64,000 nt of DNA from Bryobacterales bacterium (GTDB lineage: Bacteria > Acidobacteriota > Terriglobia > Bryobacterales > UBA6623). The DNA lies in contig CBDCHL010000003.1 in the NCBI GenBank assembly GCA_965217195.1, positions 1,437,260 to 1,501,259 on the forward strand, read 5' to 3'. Every line of letters starts with the position of its first letter. Within the stretch, counting starts at the first letter, position 1. The notes beneath the pieces were generated by a model. The model ran no database searches. It saw only the letters and a program-made list of their open reading frames with translations, and was not told the origin of the DNA. This document shows, in pieces, positions 38,493 through 49,499 of the stretch. The translations under genes were made by a program, and so were the position numbers.

Positions 38493-38519
38493 AAGGGTTC
38501 CGAATCCCTTTTTGCTTTT
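38493..38519 (+). terminator. small hairpin + U-run inside the infC leader (possible attenuator)
   Basis: AAGGG-ttccgaat-CCCTT followed by tttgctttt, located 75 nt upstream of the infC start. Confidence 0.35.
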
Positions 38520-38594
38520 AGGGCCACGCCGTTTCTTGTGATCAGCCGCGGTCAGGCGTGAGGCGCCGCGCGGCGGCGAACCGAGGAGGAAGTT

Positions 38595-39137
38595 ATTCGC
38601 AGACCGTTCCGACCCTTCCGACGGGCTCGTAAGACCAACGTCAACGAGTTCATCCGCGCGCGCGAAGTTCGGGTTGTTTTTCCCGACGGCCGAACAGAAG
38701 TGCTCTCCACCCACGAGGGCATTCGTCAGGCCAAGAGCTTGGGTCTTGATCTCGTCCTGGTTTCACCGACGGCCCACCCGCCGGTATGCAAAGTCATCGA
38801 CTACGGCGAGTACACCTATCAGGAAAAGAAAAAGAAATCCGAGGCGAAACGGAAACAGCATCGGATTGAGGTCAAGGAAGTGAAATTTCGGCCCAACACC
38901 GACCAGCACGACTACGACTTCAAGAAGAAACATGCCATCCGCTTCTTGGAAGAAGGCAACAAAGTCAAAGCGACCGTATTCTTCCGGGGCCGGGAAATCA
39001 CGCACGCCAATCTCGGCGAAAAGCTGATTCGCCGCCTGGCTACCGATGTCGAGGAGTTAGGTGAAGTCGAGGGCCGTCCCCGTCTCGAAGGCCGCATGAT
39101 GCACGTCATCATCGCGCCGCGCAAGAAAGCGTCGTAG
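38595..39137 (+). CDS. infC: translation initiation factor IF-3, ATT start codon
   Basis: The ORF track starts at GTG 38700, but the same frame upstream encodes the conserved IF-3 N-domain start ...NVNEFIRAREVRVVFPDGRTEVL. The frame opens after a TGA at 38559-38561. The only plausible initiator is ATT 38595, 4-5 nt after GAGGAGGAAG. AUU initiation is the classical infC autoregulatory feature. Confidence 0.85.
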   Translation: MRRPFRPFRRARKTNVNEFIRAREVRVVFPDGRTEVLSTHEGIRQAKSLGLDLVLVSPTAHPPVCKVIDYGEYTYQEKKKKSEAKRKQHRIEVKEVKFRPNTDQHDYDFKKKHAIRFLEEGNKVKATVFFRGREITHANLGEKLIRRLATDVEELGEVEGRPRLEGRMMHVIIAPRKKAS

Positions 39138-39214
39138 GCGGAAGGTTGGTCGTTTTCCGTAAAGCGGTGCAGTGCGCCTGCGTGCTTCCGCCAGAGTCGT
39201 GAGTTCAAAATTTA

Positions 39215-39243
39215 TTGACGCCCACCAGCAAGTCAGGTAGAAT
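39215..39243 (+). promoter_or_regulatory. near-consensus sigma70 promoter
   Basis: TTGACG (39215-39220), a 17-nt spacer, then TAGAAT (39238-39243). Confidence 0.6.
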
Positions 39244-39284
39244 ACGGTCATATCCGGTACGCTCGTAGGCGAGCACGTATTTTC

Positions 39285-39320
39285 AAAGCCCCTCGGGAAC
39301 CCCCGGGGGGCTTTGCATTT
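39285..39320 (+). terminator. intrinsic terminator (13-bp GC-rich stem, AACC loop, UUUGCAUUU)
   Basis: aaagcccctcggg-aacc-cccggggggcttt then gcattt. It lies about 40 nt after the predicted TSS and 11 nt before the NYN gene ATG. A weaker hairpin gctcg-tagg-cgagc plus TTTT sits at 39261-39283. Confidence 0.6.
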
Positions 39321-39330
39321 CCTCTTCCAA

Positions 39331-39930
39331 ATGAAGAGAATCGCTATCTTGATCGACGGCGGCTACCTCCGTGTCATCGCGAGACAGTCAGCGATCGATT
39401 TCAACCCGGACCTTATCGAAGCGTTTTCGCAAGGCTGCCGGGAAAGCAGGGAAGAAATCCACCGCGTCCTCTACTATGACTGCGCACCGTACAATGGCGA
39501 AGCCAACCGCCCGATTTCGGGTACCAAGCAGGTGTTTAGGGGATCGGATGACTGGCTTCAGCAATTGGCGAGGAAGGACCTGTTCGCTGTCCGGCGCGGG
39601 GTCCTCAAGTTCCGAGGTTACAAACCGAAACGCATCCCCATGCCCTCGCGGCCGGCCTTGAAAGATGAAGATTTCAAACCGGACTTCGAGCAAAAGGGAG
39701 TCGATATGAGAATTGGGCTCGACATTGCCTCATTCTCTGAAAAGCGTTCCGTTGAGCGGATCTTGCTCGTATCAGGGGACACTGACTGCGTTCCGGCGAT
39801 GAAGTACGCTCGCATTGCCGGACTTCAGGTCGTGCTGGCACACTTACCCGGTACGCGGCTGGCAGCCGAACTGCTTCATCACAGTGACTATGTGCGCACG
39901 GTGCCCTGGCCGGCTAGGGCCACGAGTTAG
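39331..39930 (+). CDS. NYN/LabA-like domain protein (predicted RNase fold)
   Basis: MKRIAILIDGGYL at the N-terminus, EQKGVDMRIGLDI and LVSGDTDCVPAM are the NYN (PF01936) acidic motifs. ATG 39331 preferred over TTG 39313. Confidence 0.85.
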   Translation: MKRIAILIDGGYLRVIARQSAIDFNPDLIEAFSQGCRESREEIHRVLYYDCAPYNGEANRPISGTKQVFRGSDDWLQQLARKDLFAVRRGVLKFRGYKPKRIPMPSRPALKDEDFKPDFEQKGVDMRIGLDIASFSEKRSVERILLVSGDTDCVPAMKYARIAGLQVVLAHLPGTRLAAELLHHSDYVRTVPWPARATS

Positions 39931-39993
39931 AATCGGCCTCCTGACCATCACCGATATTCGTGGTGACGGAGCCACCGACAGTTCCGGAACACG

Positions 39994-42615
39994 TTAACAC
40001 GCGGATGCCGCCGCCCTGACGGCCCGCTCCACCTCTTCCGCGGCCGCGCGATAGTCAGCCACATCGCCTAGATCGAGAGGCGCGCCAAATTTCACCCGCA
40101 CCGACCCGGGCTCGGGCCACTCATGATGTACGGAATAGATTTCGTGCAGCCCCTCCAGGAAAACCGGCACAACCGGAAGTTCCAGCTTCAGTGCCATCAA
40201 ACCGATACCGCTTTCGAAACGCTGTATTATGCCGTCCGGCGATCGGCGGCCCTCGGGAAACACTAAAGGACAGAACCCCTCGTCGGCCAACTCTCCCGTA
40301 TAGCGCAAGGCCCGACGTGTTCCGGTCATGCGCCGGGGCAGCGGATAGGCGTTCACCAGGAAACATGCAAGATAGTACTGGACGGTGCGCCTGAGTAGCT
40401 CGATCGGCTTGGTATGGCGCCAATCCCAGTAGGCTATGAAATAGTCCTGCGACATCGCGGGCGCCAACCGCCGACGTAACCGCGGCGGCAGCGCGGCCAG
40501 GATGGCAATGACGTCAAAGTGGCTGTTGTGATTGGCCGCAAACAGCACCGGTCCATCAACTCCCGCGAGATGCTCCAAGCCCTCCACGTGAAACCGAACC
40601 AGCATCTGCCGAAACATCGGTAACGCCAGACCACGAAGCGCCGCGTTCCGGAGCCATCGTACGAAGAACCCGCGGTTCCAGCGCGGCAGTCCCGGTTCGA
40701 ACGACGCGTCGACTTGCCGCTCCCGTCCCGGGCGATCCGGTTCGCCCCCATGAACGGTTAAACGCCGAGCCTGCTCGTCCACTCGCGACGAGGCGACCCT
40801 AGTTTCGTCGCGGGCCTGCCGCAACACGCTTTCAAGTTCCCCGATTGTCCGCGCGGAGGCAAAATCCGCCTCGTCGAGCTCGACCCCGGCCGGCTCTTCC
40901 AACTGCGACATCAGTTCAACTCGGTCCAAGGAAGAAAGGCCGAGGTCCTCGCCGAGCCGCGCGTCCACAGGTAGGTCCTCGGCTAAAGCCCCTTTTAAAC
41001 CCGCAATTGCGGATCGTACTCCGACAGCCTCGGCGGGCTGATCACCTTGCGGAACGGCTGCGCCCCCGGGTATGATCCGGCGCGCGATCTCAGCCCGCTT
41101 CAGCTTTCCTGTTGATGCCGTGCGAGGCAGCTCCGCGGCCCGCCAAAGCGACCAGCTCTGAATACGTTGGTGGGCTTCGAGCGCGCGGTTGGCCCGGCGC
41201 ACCACTTCCGCGACCTCGACCGCGGCGCCGGCCGGCAGCAACACGGCATGAACCTGCTCACCCCCTTCGGCCACCGCGGGCACGACGGCGCAGTCAACAA
41301 CTTCAGGAAGCTGATTGAGAACCCGCTCGACATCGTCGGGGTAGACGTTCATCCCCTCGGCGGTGACGATGACTTCCTTCATCCGCCCCTTGTAGAAAAT
41401 CCGCCCCTGTTCGTCGATCTCGCCGATATCGCCGGTATGCAGCCAACCGTTGTCGAGCCCGGCGCTCACCACCCGGCCGTGTTCGAAATACTCACTCACA
41501 ACGGCCTCGCCTCGCACCAGGATTTCCCCACCCGGCCCGATCTCGACCTGCTGCCCTCGGACTGCCTGTCCGATGGACCCGCGCCGCGCGCTGAAAGGGT
41601 GATTCAACGCCACGACGCTCGACGCTTCGGTCAACCCATAGCCCTGAACCACAGCTATCCCCAACCGGCCCCAGAACCTCTCGAGCCCTTCATCAAGCGC
41701 CGCGCCCCCAACCACCATGGCCCAAAACTTCCACCCGAGAGCCCGGTGAATATGCCGGTAGCGCCACCAAGCCTGCGCCGCGCCGGCGAGTCCACCTCCT
41801 CCCCGCGGATCATACGGGATATCGAAATGGCGGCAGGCCTCCGCACGGAGACTCCGCAAGACGGCCGGCACGGCGGCCAAGACCGCCACCCGCTCTCGCC
41901 GCAAGGTCTCGATCACGGCGCCGGGCCGCAACTGGGTGGTGAAAACCGCGGCGCCTTCAAGCAAGACCGGGATATAGACGCCAATCGCCTGTCCGAACAC
42001 ATGGCTCAGCGGCAGCAGATCCAGCACGCGGATCGGCCGCACCAGGCGTATCGGAGTTCGAAACCGGTCGATCTCCTTTTGAATCACGCCCAGGTTGGCG
42101 CATAGATTACGGTGACGGTGGATCACGCCTTTCGGCTCGCCCGTCGTGCCCGAGGTGAAAATGATTTCCACCACATCGTCGGGCGAAATTCCCGACGGCT
42201 CGAACTCCGCCCCGCCCGCCAGACGCGCAACCTCCCGGAGCGACAGCCGGTCTACGGCGAGGCTGCCCGGTGCGGTACGGTCCCCATGGACCACCAACCG
42301 CGCTCCGACCTGCTCTTGAATCCGCTCTACAAGCTGCGCCGACGAGTGGAAATCGATGGGGACGACTTCGACGCCCCGTGCCACGCAGGCCCAATACACT
42401 GCAACCCATTCGGGTCGGTTTTCACCCCATAGCAGAACGCGATCACCCTTGGTAATGGCCTTGCCATCGAGATAGGCTACGATAGCGGTCAGGCGCTCGT
42501 AGAGAGTGCGGTAGCTCCATTTCGCCGTGCGGTAGCCGTTGTGAAAGCGGACCGCCTCGCGCCTCCCCAGGGCACGAATCAGCGGCAGAAAATCGACCAG
42601 CGTCCGCACGATCAA
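39994..42615 (-). CDS. tri-domain acyl-AMP ligase / carrier (ACP-like) / lysophospholipid acyltransferase fusion (873 aa)
   Basis: AMP-binding motifs [20 protein letters not shown] and [21 protein letters not shown]. Carrier motif [17 protein letters not shown]. PlsC-type HX4[10 protein letters not shown] and FPEGRRS. TTG start. Confidence 0.88.
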   Translation of the reverse strand: MIVRTLVDFLPLIRALGRREAVRFHNGYRTAKWSYRTLYERLTAIVAYLDGKAITKGDRVLLWGENRPEWVAVYWACVARGVEVVPIDFHSSAQLVERIQEQVGARLVVHGDRTAPGSLAVDRLSLREVARLAGGAEFEPSGISPDDVVEIIFTSGTTGEPKGVIHRHRNLCANLGVIQKEIDRFRTPIRLVRPIRVLDLLPLSHVFGQAIGVYIPVLLEGAAVFTTQLRPGAVIETLRRERVAVLAAVPAVLRSLRAEACRHFDIPYDPRGGGGLAGAAQAWWRYRHIHRALGWKFWAMVVGGAALDEGLERFWGRLGIAVVQGYGLTEASSVVALNHPFSARRGSIGQAVRGQQVEIGPGGEILVRGEAVVSEYFEHGRVVSAGLDNGWLHTGDIGEIDEQGRIFYKGRMKEVIVTAEGMNVYPDDVERVLNQLPEVVDCAVVPAVAEGGEQVHAVLLPAGAAVEVAEVVRRANRALEAHQRIQSWSLWRAAELPRTASTGKLKRAEIARRIIPGGAAVPQGDQPAEAVGVRSAIAGLKGALAEDLPVDARLGEDLGLSSLDRVELMSQLEEPAGVELDEADFASARTIGELESVLRQARDETRVASSRVDEQARRLTVHGGEPDRPGRERQVDASFEPGLPRWNRGFFVRWLRNAALRGLALPMFRQMLVRFHVEGLEHLAGVDGPVLFAANHNSHFDVIAILAALPPRLRRRLAPAMSQDYFIAYWDWRHTKPIELLRRTVQYYLACFLVNAYPLPRRMTGTRRALRYTGELADEGFCPLVFPEGRRSPDGIIQRFESGIGLMALKLELPVVPVFLEGLHEIYSVHHEWPEPGSVRVKFGAPLDLGDVADYRAAAEEVERAVRAAASAC

Positions 42616-42760
42616 CGTTCTCGGAGTCCGCCTCGGATCGGCCCGCGAAAAGTGCGCGAGACGGCGTGCCTCGGCGGCGCGGGCATCTCGCGCAACCGGA
42701 TCGCCGGCGGATTCATTCGTTTCGAGTGCAATTGTAGCGCCGGCCCGCTGTCATCGTTCA

Positions 42761-44749
<1,989 letters not shown>

Positions 44750-44761
44750 GTCCCGCCACTA

Positions 44762-44938
44762 TAGATTCAGAGCCCAGAGCGCAAGCGACGGGCCAAGCGC
44801 ACCGCAACCGCCACGCCTTCGAAACCACGTCACCCCGAGCAGTCACTTACTTAGGCACGCCTACGGGGCGGCGAGGGGCCGCGCACCGGCGAGGGGCCGT
44901 GCCCCGGCCCGTCGCTTGCGCTCTGGGCTCTGCATCTA
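44762..44938. repeat. REP family 2, inverted pair immediately upstream of the RAYT-like gene
   Basis: 44762-44794 tagattcagagcccagagcgcaagcgacgggcc matches the reverse complement of 44906-44938 with 1 mismatch. 111-bp spacer. Confidence 0.85.
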
Positions 44939-45419
44939 CAAACGATGTGAGTTGCTTGCTATCGTGAAATCAACGTGGGGGAAGCCTCCTTGCCCAGACG
45001 GCCCGGTGCCGGCCCCTGGGCGTATTTCATTACTTTCACCTGCCGCGGTGCACGACTTCACGGAGACGATAACGGTTCAGTCGACCGTTTTCATGACGCC
45101 TGGAGAACTCCCATGCTCGACCCGGATCCACGCCGGGCGGACTATGAGAGCCGTTTATCTCCAGGCGGCAAGGTAACGCTGAACACTCCACAACGACGAA
45201 CTGTTCTCCGATCGATTCGCCAACACACTGCCTATCGTGGATGGACTCTCCACCCCGCCCATGTGCGGACGAACCACGTTCATCTGGTCGTGGAGTCGGA
45301 GGAGGAGCCCGAGACCGTGCTCGCTCAAGTGAAAGCCTACGCAACGCGCGCACTCAACGAATTATTGAATCTCGCAAAATAAAGTGACACCTTTTTGGGG
45401 TACGTACGTCTTTGTATGT

Positions 45420-46435
45420 ATGGGAAATACAAAAGGCGTACGGCGGGATTTCGAGGCCCTGGAGAAGCGCCGTTTCAAAGCGATCCGGTTGGTCGAGCAA
45501 GGCTGTAGTCAGTCCGAGACAGCGAGGCGATTGAAGGTCGCGCGGCAAAGCGTCAGCGAGTGGCTGCGACGATACCGGCGTGACGGCGAAGCCGGGTTGC
45601 GCCAGGCCGGCCGCGCCGGCCGTAAGCCGCTGTTGGACGCCGCGCAGCTCGAACGCCTCGAGGCGTTGCTGCTGGAAGGCCCCGAGGCGCACGGCTTCCC
45701 GACGCCGCTGTGGAGCTGTCCGCGGGTCGCTCGTCTGATCGGAGACGAGTTCGGCGTGCGCTATCACGAGGGCCATGTCTGGAAGATCCTGCGGGCGCTC
45801 GGTTGGAGCCCGCAACGGCCCGTCGGCAAAGCGCGGGAGCGCAACGAAGAGGCCATCCGCGGCTGGCAGCGCAAGACTTGGCCGGCCATTAAAAAAAAGC
45901 CCGCAAAGAAGAACGTACGATCGTCTTCATCGACGAAAGCGGATTGAGTCAGAAGCCGCATCGTTGCCGCACCTGGGCGCCGCGCGGCGAGACACCGGTG
46001 TTGGAGTTCAACTTCAACTGGGACAAGCTGTCGGTGTCGGCCGGGCTGACGTTGCGCAACTTTTACTTCCGGCTCTATCCCGGCGCGATCGGCGAGCTGG
46101 AGGTCATCGACTTCCTGAAGGCTTTGGTGCGCCACATCGACGGCCCACTGCTGATCGTCTGGGACCGGCTGCCGGCGCACCGCAGCCGCCTGGTGCGGGA
46201 GTTCATCCAGCTCTCCGAGGATCACATCGCAACGGAGTACTTGCCGCCCTATGCGCCGGAGTTGAACCCGGTGGAATACATTTGGGCGTACTGGAAGCAG
46301 CACGAGTTGCCCAACGTCTGCCCGAAGGACTACTGGGAACTCGACGAGCGCGCCCGCAAAGCGCTGCGGCGAATGCGCCGCAAACCGCGCTTGATTACCG
46401 CTTTCTGGAAACAGTCTTCTCTTTGTCTCGATTGA
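45420..46435 (+). CDS. IS630-family DDE transposase, two frames joined by -1 frameshift
   Basis: ORF A has HTH domains (CSQSETARRLKVARQSVSEWL). ORF B has TIVFIDESG (first D), WDRLPAH and LPPYAPELNPVEYIW (DDE). The frames overlap at A_AAA_AAG. Confidence 0.85.
45893..45899 (+). promoter_or_regulatory. -1 frameshift slippery heptamer A_AAA_AAG
   Basis: Zero-frame codons are att aaa aaa aag. A slip of -1 continues as gcc cgc aaa gaa gaa cgt acg atc gtc ttc atc gac gaa (ARKEERTIVFIDE). Confidence 0.6.
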
Positions 46436-46612
46436 CAGTATATTATGCGAGACTCAGTAGGCCCCCGCCGTGAGCGCCGTTGGGCGCACCACGGCAGTAC
46501 CCGCTATCTGTGGAATCCGCATGAGGTGGATGCCGCCGTTCAGTACGTCCTCGAGCAGCAAGGCGTGCCGATGGCCATCTACCTAAACCCGAACCGTTGG
46601 CCCCCGAGATGA

Positions 46613-46792
46613 GATTCAGAGCCCAGAGCGCAAGCGACGGGTCGAGCGCACCGCAACCGCCATCCTGCAAAACCCACGTCACCCCGAGCAGTTGCTTGCT
46701 TAGGCATAGGCAGGGTCGCAGGCCGGCGCTGGGCCCTGTGCCGGGGTGTCCGCCAGCTCCGTTCCCGACGACTCGCTCACTCGTGGCTGAAC
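46613..46792. repeat. REP family 2 copy starting 1 nt after the RAYT stop, with a possible degenerate partner arm
   Basis: 46613-46641 gattcagagcccagagcgcaagcgacggg. The spacer is homologous to that of the 44762-44938 copy (gcgcaccgcaaccgcca...cacgtcaccccgagcag). The right arm near 46764-46792 is only weakly similar. Confidence 0.65.
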
Positions 46793-46882
46793 TACGAGTC
46801 GGGTCCACGCAAATGTCAGGGAACCCAACGGCCGTCGGCGGTGTCTGTTTCTAGTGAGGCCGCTCGTCCCCGGTTGAAGTAA

Positions 46883-48364
46883 ATGACGCGAGTTTTGTTG
46901 TTGCTGTGCGCGGCATCCTGCGTACTCGGGGCCGCGGAGCCTGAGATCATATACGGCACTTACGTTGGCGGCACCAGGAAAGAAGGGGCGTCGGCCATCG
47001 CGGTCGATGCGCGTGGCGAGGTTGTGATTGTCGGGTCAACCCCTTCTGAAGATTTCCCCGTAACCGCCGGCGCATTTCGTACAAAGAACCACGTTCGGAA
47101 CGATGACCACGTAGGTTTCGTCTCGCGACTCCGGCCGAACGGTAGCGCGCTGAGATATTCGACCCTCCTGGGAGGGAACTTCCGCACGGTGGCGCACGCC
47201 GTAGCCCTCGGTCGTGATGGTGAGGCTTACGTTGTAGGTAGCACGTGCTCGATCAACTTCCCTACAACATCAGACGCGCTGATCCCAAAGGCGCCCGGTT
47301 CGGAGTCCGCGGACAACTGCGACGGTTACTTGGCGGTCCTAGGTCGAGACGGCGCGGCGCTGCAGGCGAGTACCTTTTTTGGGGGTTCAAGTTCCGATAC
47401 GGTTTCCGCCCTGGCCCTCGGCCCGGCCGACGACGTCGTTGTCGCCGGCTCGACGGTTTCGATCGATCTGCCGGTAACGCCCGGCGCGCCTCAAAGCCGA
47501 GCTCCCGCCGGGGCCAACGGCTTTGTCGCCGTCGTAGACCGAGAAGCCCGCGCGCTTCGATTCGGGACCTACCTAGGTGGCACCGGAGATGAGTACGTCG
47601 TGGCAGTTCGGTCGGGCAGGGACGGGTGGATTTACGCTGCCGGCACAACCGACTCGCCCTCGTTCCCCGGTTTCCGTGAGCGCGTTCTCGGGCGGCCGCG
47701 CGAAACGCATCCGTTTATAGCGTGGTTGGACCCGCTTGGAAAGCGGCCGGCGACTGTCATCCGACTTGGCGGAAGCGGAGCCGATGCCGCGGAAGCATTT
47801 GACATAGATGAGGAAGGGGACCTGTATTTGGCGGGAACAACTTCGTCGTCCGACTTCTCGGTCACAACGACGGGTTCGCCCCGCTTGCGGGGTAGCAACG
47901 ATGGCTTCGTCGTGAAGATCTCCGCGGAGCTATTCGAGTCTGACCGCGATCCGGTTCTGTGGAGCCGATTCGTTGGCGGGTCGGAAGACGAAAATCTGTC
48001 CGCCATTTCGGCGGGAATGACGGGCTTTGTATTTGTGGGCGGGCGAAGCGGATCTCGGGACTTCCCGATTTCGATCGATGCGCTACGCAGCAGTCTTGAT
48101 AGAGCGAATGATGCGGTCCTGGTTCAGTTGCATTCGCAGAGCGGCGACCTGAAGTACTCCACCTTTATCGGTGCAGCGGACGCTCCCTCGGTGAGTTGGA
48201 TGAACGATCGAGTGACGGGAATCGCAGCGACTGATACCGGGGACGTTTACGTGACAGGCTGGAGTAAGAGCATTAGTCACCTCGTCAATGCCGGAGCGTT
48301 CCAGCCGAGCCCCCGGGGGAACACCGAGCCTATCGTGGTTCGACTGCGCTTTCGTCTGCGGTAG
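46883..48364 (+). CDS. SBBP (beta-propeller) repeat protein, secreted
   Basis: Signal peptide. Repeated units of the type GG..D.A.AIAVD..G...VVGST.S.DFPVT (for example YVGGTRKEGASAIAVDARGEVVIVGSTPSEDFPVT). Confidence 0.85.
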   Translation: MTRVLLLLCAASCVLGAAEPEIIYGTYVGGTRKEGASAIAVDARGEVVIVGSTPSEDFPVTAGAFRTKNHVRNDDHVGFVSRLRPNGSALRYSTLLGGNFRTVAHAVALGRDGEAYVVGSTCSINFPTTSDALIPKAPGSESADNCDGYLAVLGRDGAALQASTFFGGSSSDTVSALALGPADDVVVAGSTVSIDLPVTPGAPQSRAPAGANGFVAVVDREARALRFGTYLGGTGDEYVVAVRSGRDGWIYAAGTTDSPSFPGFRERVLGRPRETHPFIAWLDPLGKRPATVIRLGGSGADAAEAFDIDEEGDLYLAGTTSSSDFSVTTTGSPRLRGSNDGFVVKISAELFESDRDPVLWSRFVGGSEDENLSAISAGMTGFVFVGGRSGSRDFPISIDALRSSLDRANDAVLVQLHSQSGDLKYSTFIGAADAPSVSWMNDRVTGIAATDTGDVYVTGWSKSISHLVNAGAFQPSPRGNTEPIVVRLRFRLR

Positions 48365-48508
48365 GCGGGCCCCATTGGTGGATTCGGCGTCGTTTCGCGC
48401 GGCGAGTGGGCACCCCACTCCTCCCGCGTACGAATACCTACCGCAAGTTAACGTTCAACCTGGTAAAATATCGGCCAGCCGGACGCTTTCGTCCCGGAGG
48501 CACATCCC

Positions 48509-49384
48509 ATGCATCGATTCACCCCAATAAGCGCAGTCATGCTCCTGGCGGCACTCGTTGTCTTCGCCTCGGGCATCGCCCCCGCGCAGGAGGTCATCTC
48601 CGTTCGTGCCGGGTTCTTACACCACAGTGAAGGCGAGGTCTTCTTGGCCGACAAAGCGGTCAAGCACGATCCCGCTCGTAAGCTGCACGTCGAAATGAAC
48701 GAGCATCTACGCACCGGCAAAGGCCGCGCCGAGATGATGTTCGCCCTCGGAACAATGATTCGCCTCGACGAGAACTCCGAACTCGAGGTGATCGACGCCG
48801 GGATGACCAGCGCCTCGTTGCGGATGATTTCCGGTTCGGCGATCATTGACGCCGCTCACGTTTGGGATCCCGACTCTCTTTCGATTCTCTCCGACGAAAC
48901 CAAGATTGAATTCCCCGTGAACGGCTACTATCGCCTCGACGCTCGCTCCGACCAACCGATTACGCTCAAGGTTTTCGAGGGCAAAGCGGTCGTCTCACTC
49001 GCCGACCAGAAGAAGGACGTGAAAAAGAAACGGGCCATTACCATCGCCGGCAATCCCGCTGATTGGGCGGTTGCAAAATTCAAGCACAAGAAAAAGGACG
49101 ATGACGGGCTGGACCTATGGAGCAAGGATCGCGCCAAGGCAATTGAAGAGCGCGCAAGCACTCTGATGGCCTCCGGCGCCGTTGTGCAGCAGAACGATGC
49201 CTCGCAAGAGATGTACCGCATGTACATGCGAGCGCAACAAAACCGCAGCATGAACAGCATGAGCCGCAGCATGGGCGGCCGCGGCCCGGGCACGTCGCAA
49301 GGCGGCAGCGGCGGCGGAGCGCGCGGTGGCGCGGGCGGCGGCGGCGGTGGCGGCGGAGCGCGCGGTGGCGGCGGCGGCCGTTAA
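48509..49384 (+). CDS. FecR-domain protein with Gly/Arg-rich C-terminal tail
   Basis: Signal/TM at the N-terminus. FecR-like beta region: LRTGKGRAEMMFALGTMIRLDENSELEV. Tail: GGRGPGTSQGGSGGGARGGAGGGGGGGGARGGGGGR. Confidence 0.78.
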   Translation: MHRFTPISAVMLLAALVVFASGIAPAQEVISVRAGFLHHSEGEVFLADKAVKHDPARKLHVEMNEHLRTGKGRAEMMFALGTMIRLDENSELEVIDAGMTSASLRMISGSAIIDAAHVWDPDSLSILSDETKIEFPVNGYYRLDARSDQPITLKVFEGKAVVSLADQKKDVKKKRAITIAGNPADWAVAKFKHKKKDDDGLDLWSKDRAKAIEERASTLMASGAVVQQNDASQEMYRMYMRAQQNRSMNSMSRSMGGRGPGTSQGGSGGGARGGAGGGGGGGGARGGGGGR

Positions 49385-49499
49385 GCCCCCGAAATCCAGC
49401 CTTCGAAATTCATATGTAGAGTCCTGAGAGGGCGGGCGATATTTCCGTCCGCCGGCTCAGGGTTGGCATATCCCACCTAGGCGCGTTACTCTGACGCCG

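Larger units (their letters stand above)
45365..46457 (+). mobile_element. IS630-family insertion sequence (1093 bp)
   Basis: Imperfect IRs tgaatctcgcaaaataaagtgaca / tgacagtatattatgcgagactca (about 19/24). Flanked by a duplicated TA (45363-45364 and 46458-46459), the IS630/Tc1 target. Confidence 0.85.
44975..46612 (+). pseudogene. REP-associated tyrosine (Y1, IS200-like) transposase homologue, interrupted by IS630
   Basis: 5' part 44975-45364 carries the HUH motif (TNHVHLVVES). Deleting 45365-46459 fuses ...YATRALNEL to GPRRERRWAHHGSTRYLWNPHEVDAAVQYVLEQQGVPMAIY...* in frame (stop at 46610-46612), giving 180 aa. Confidence 0.7.
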
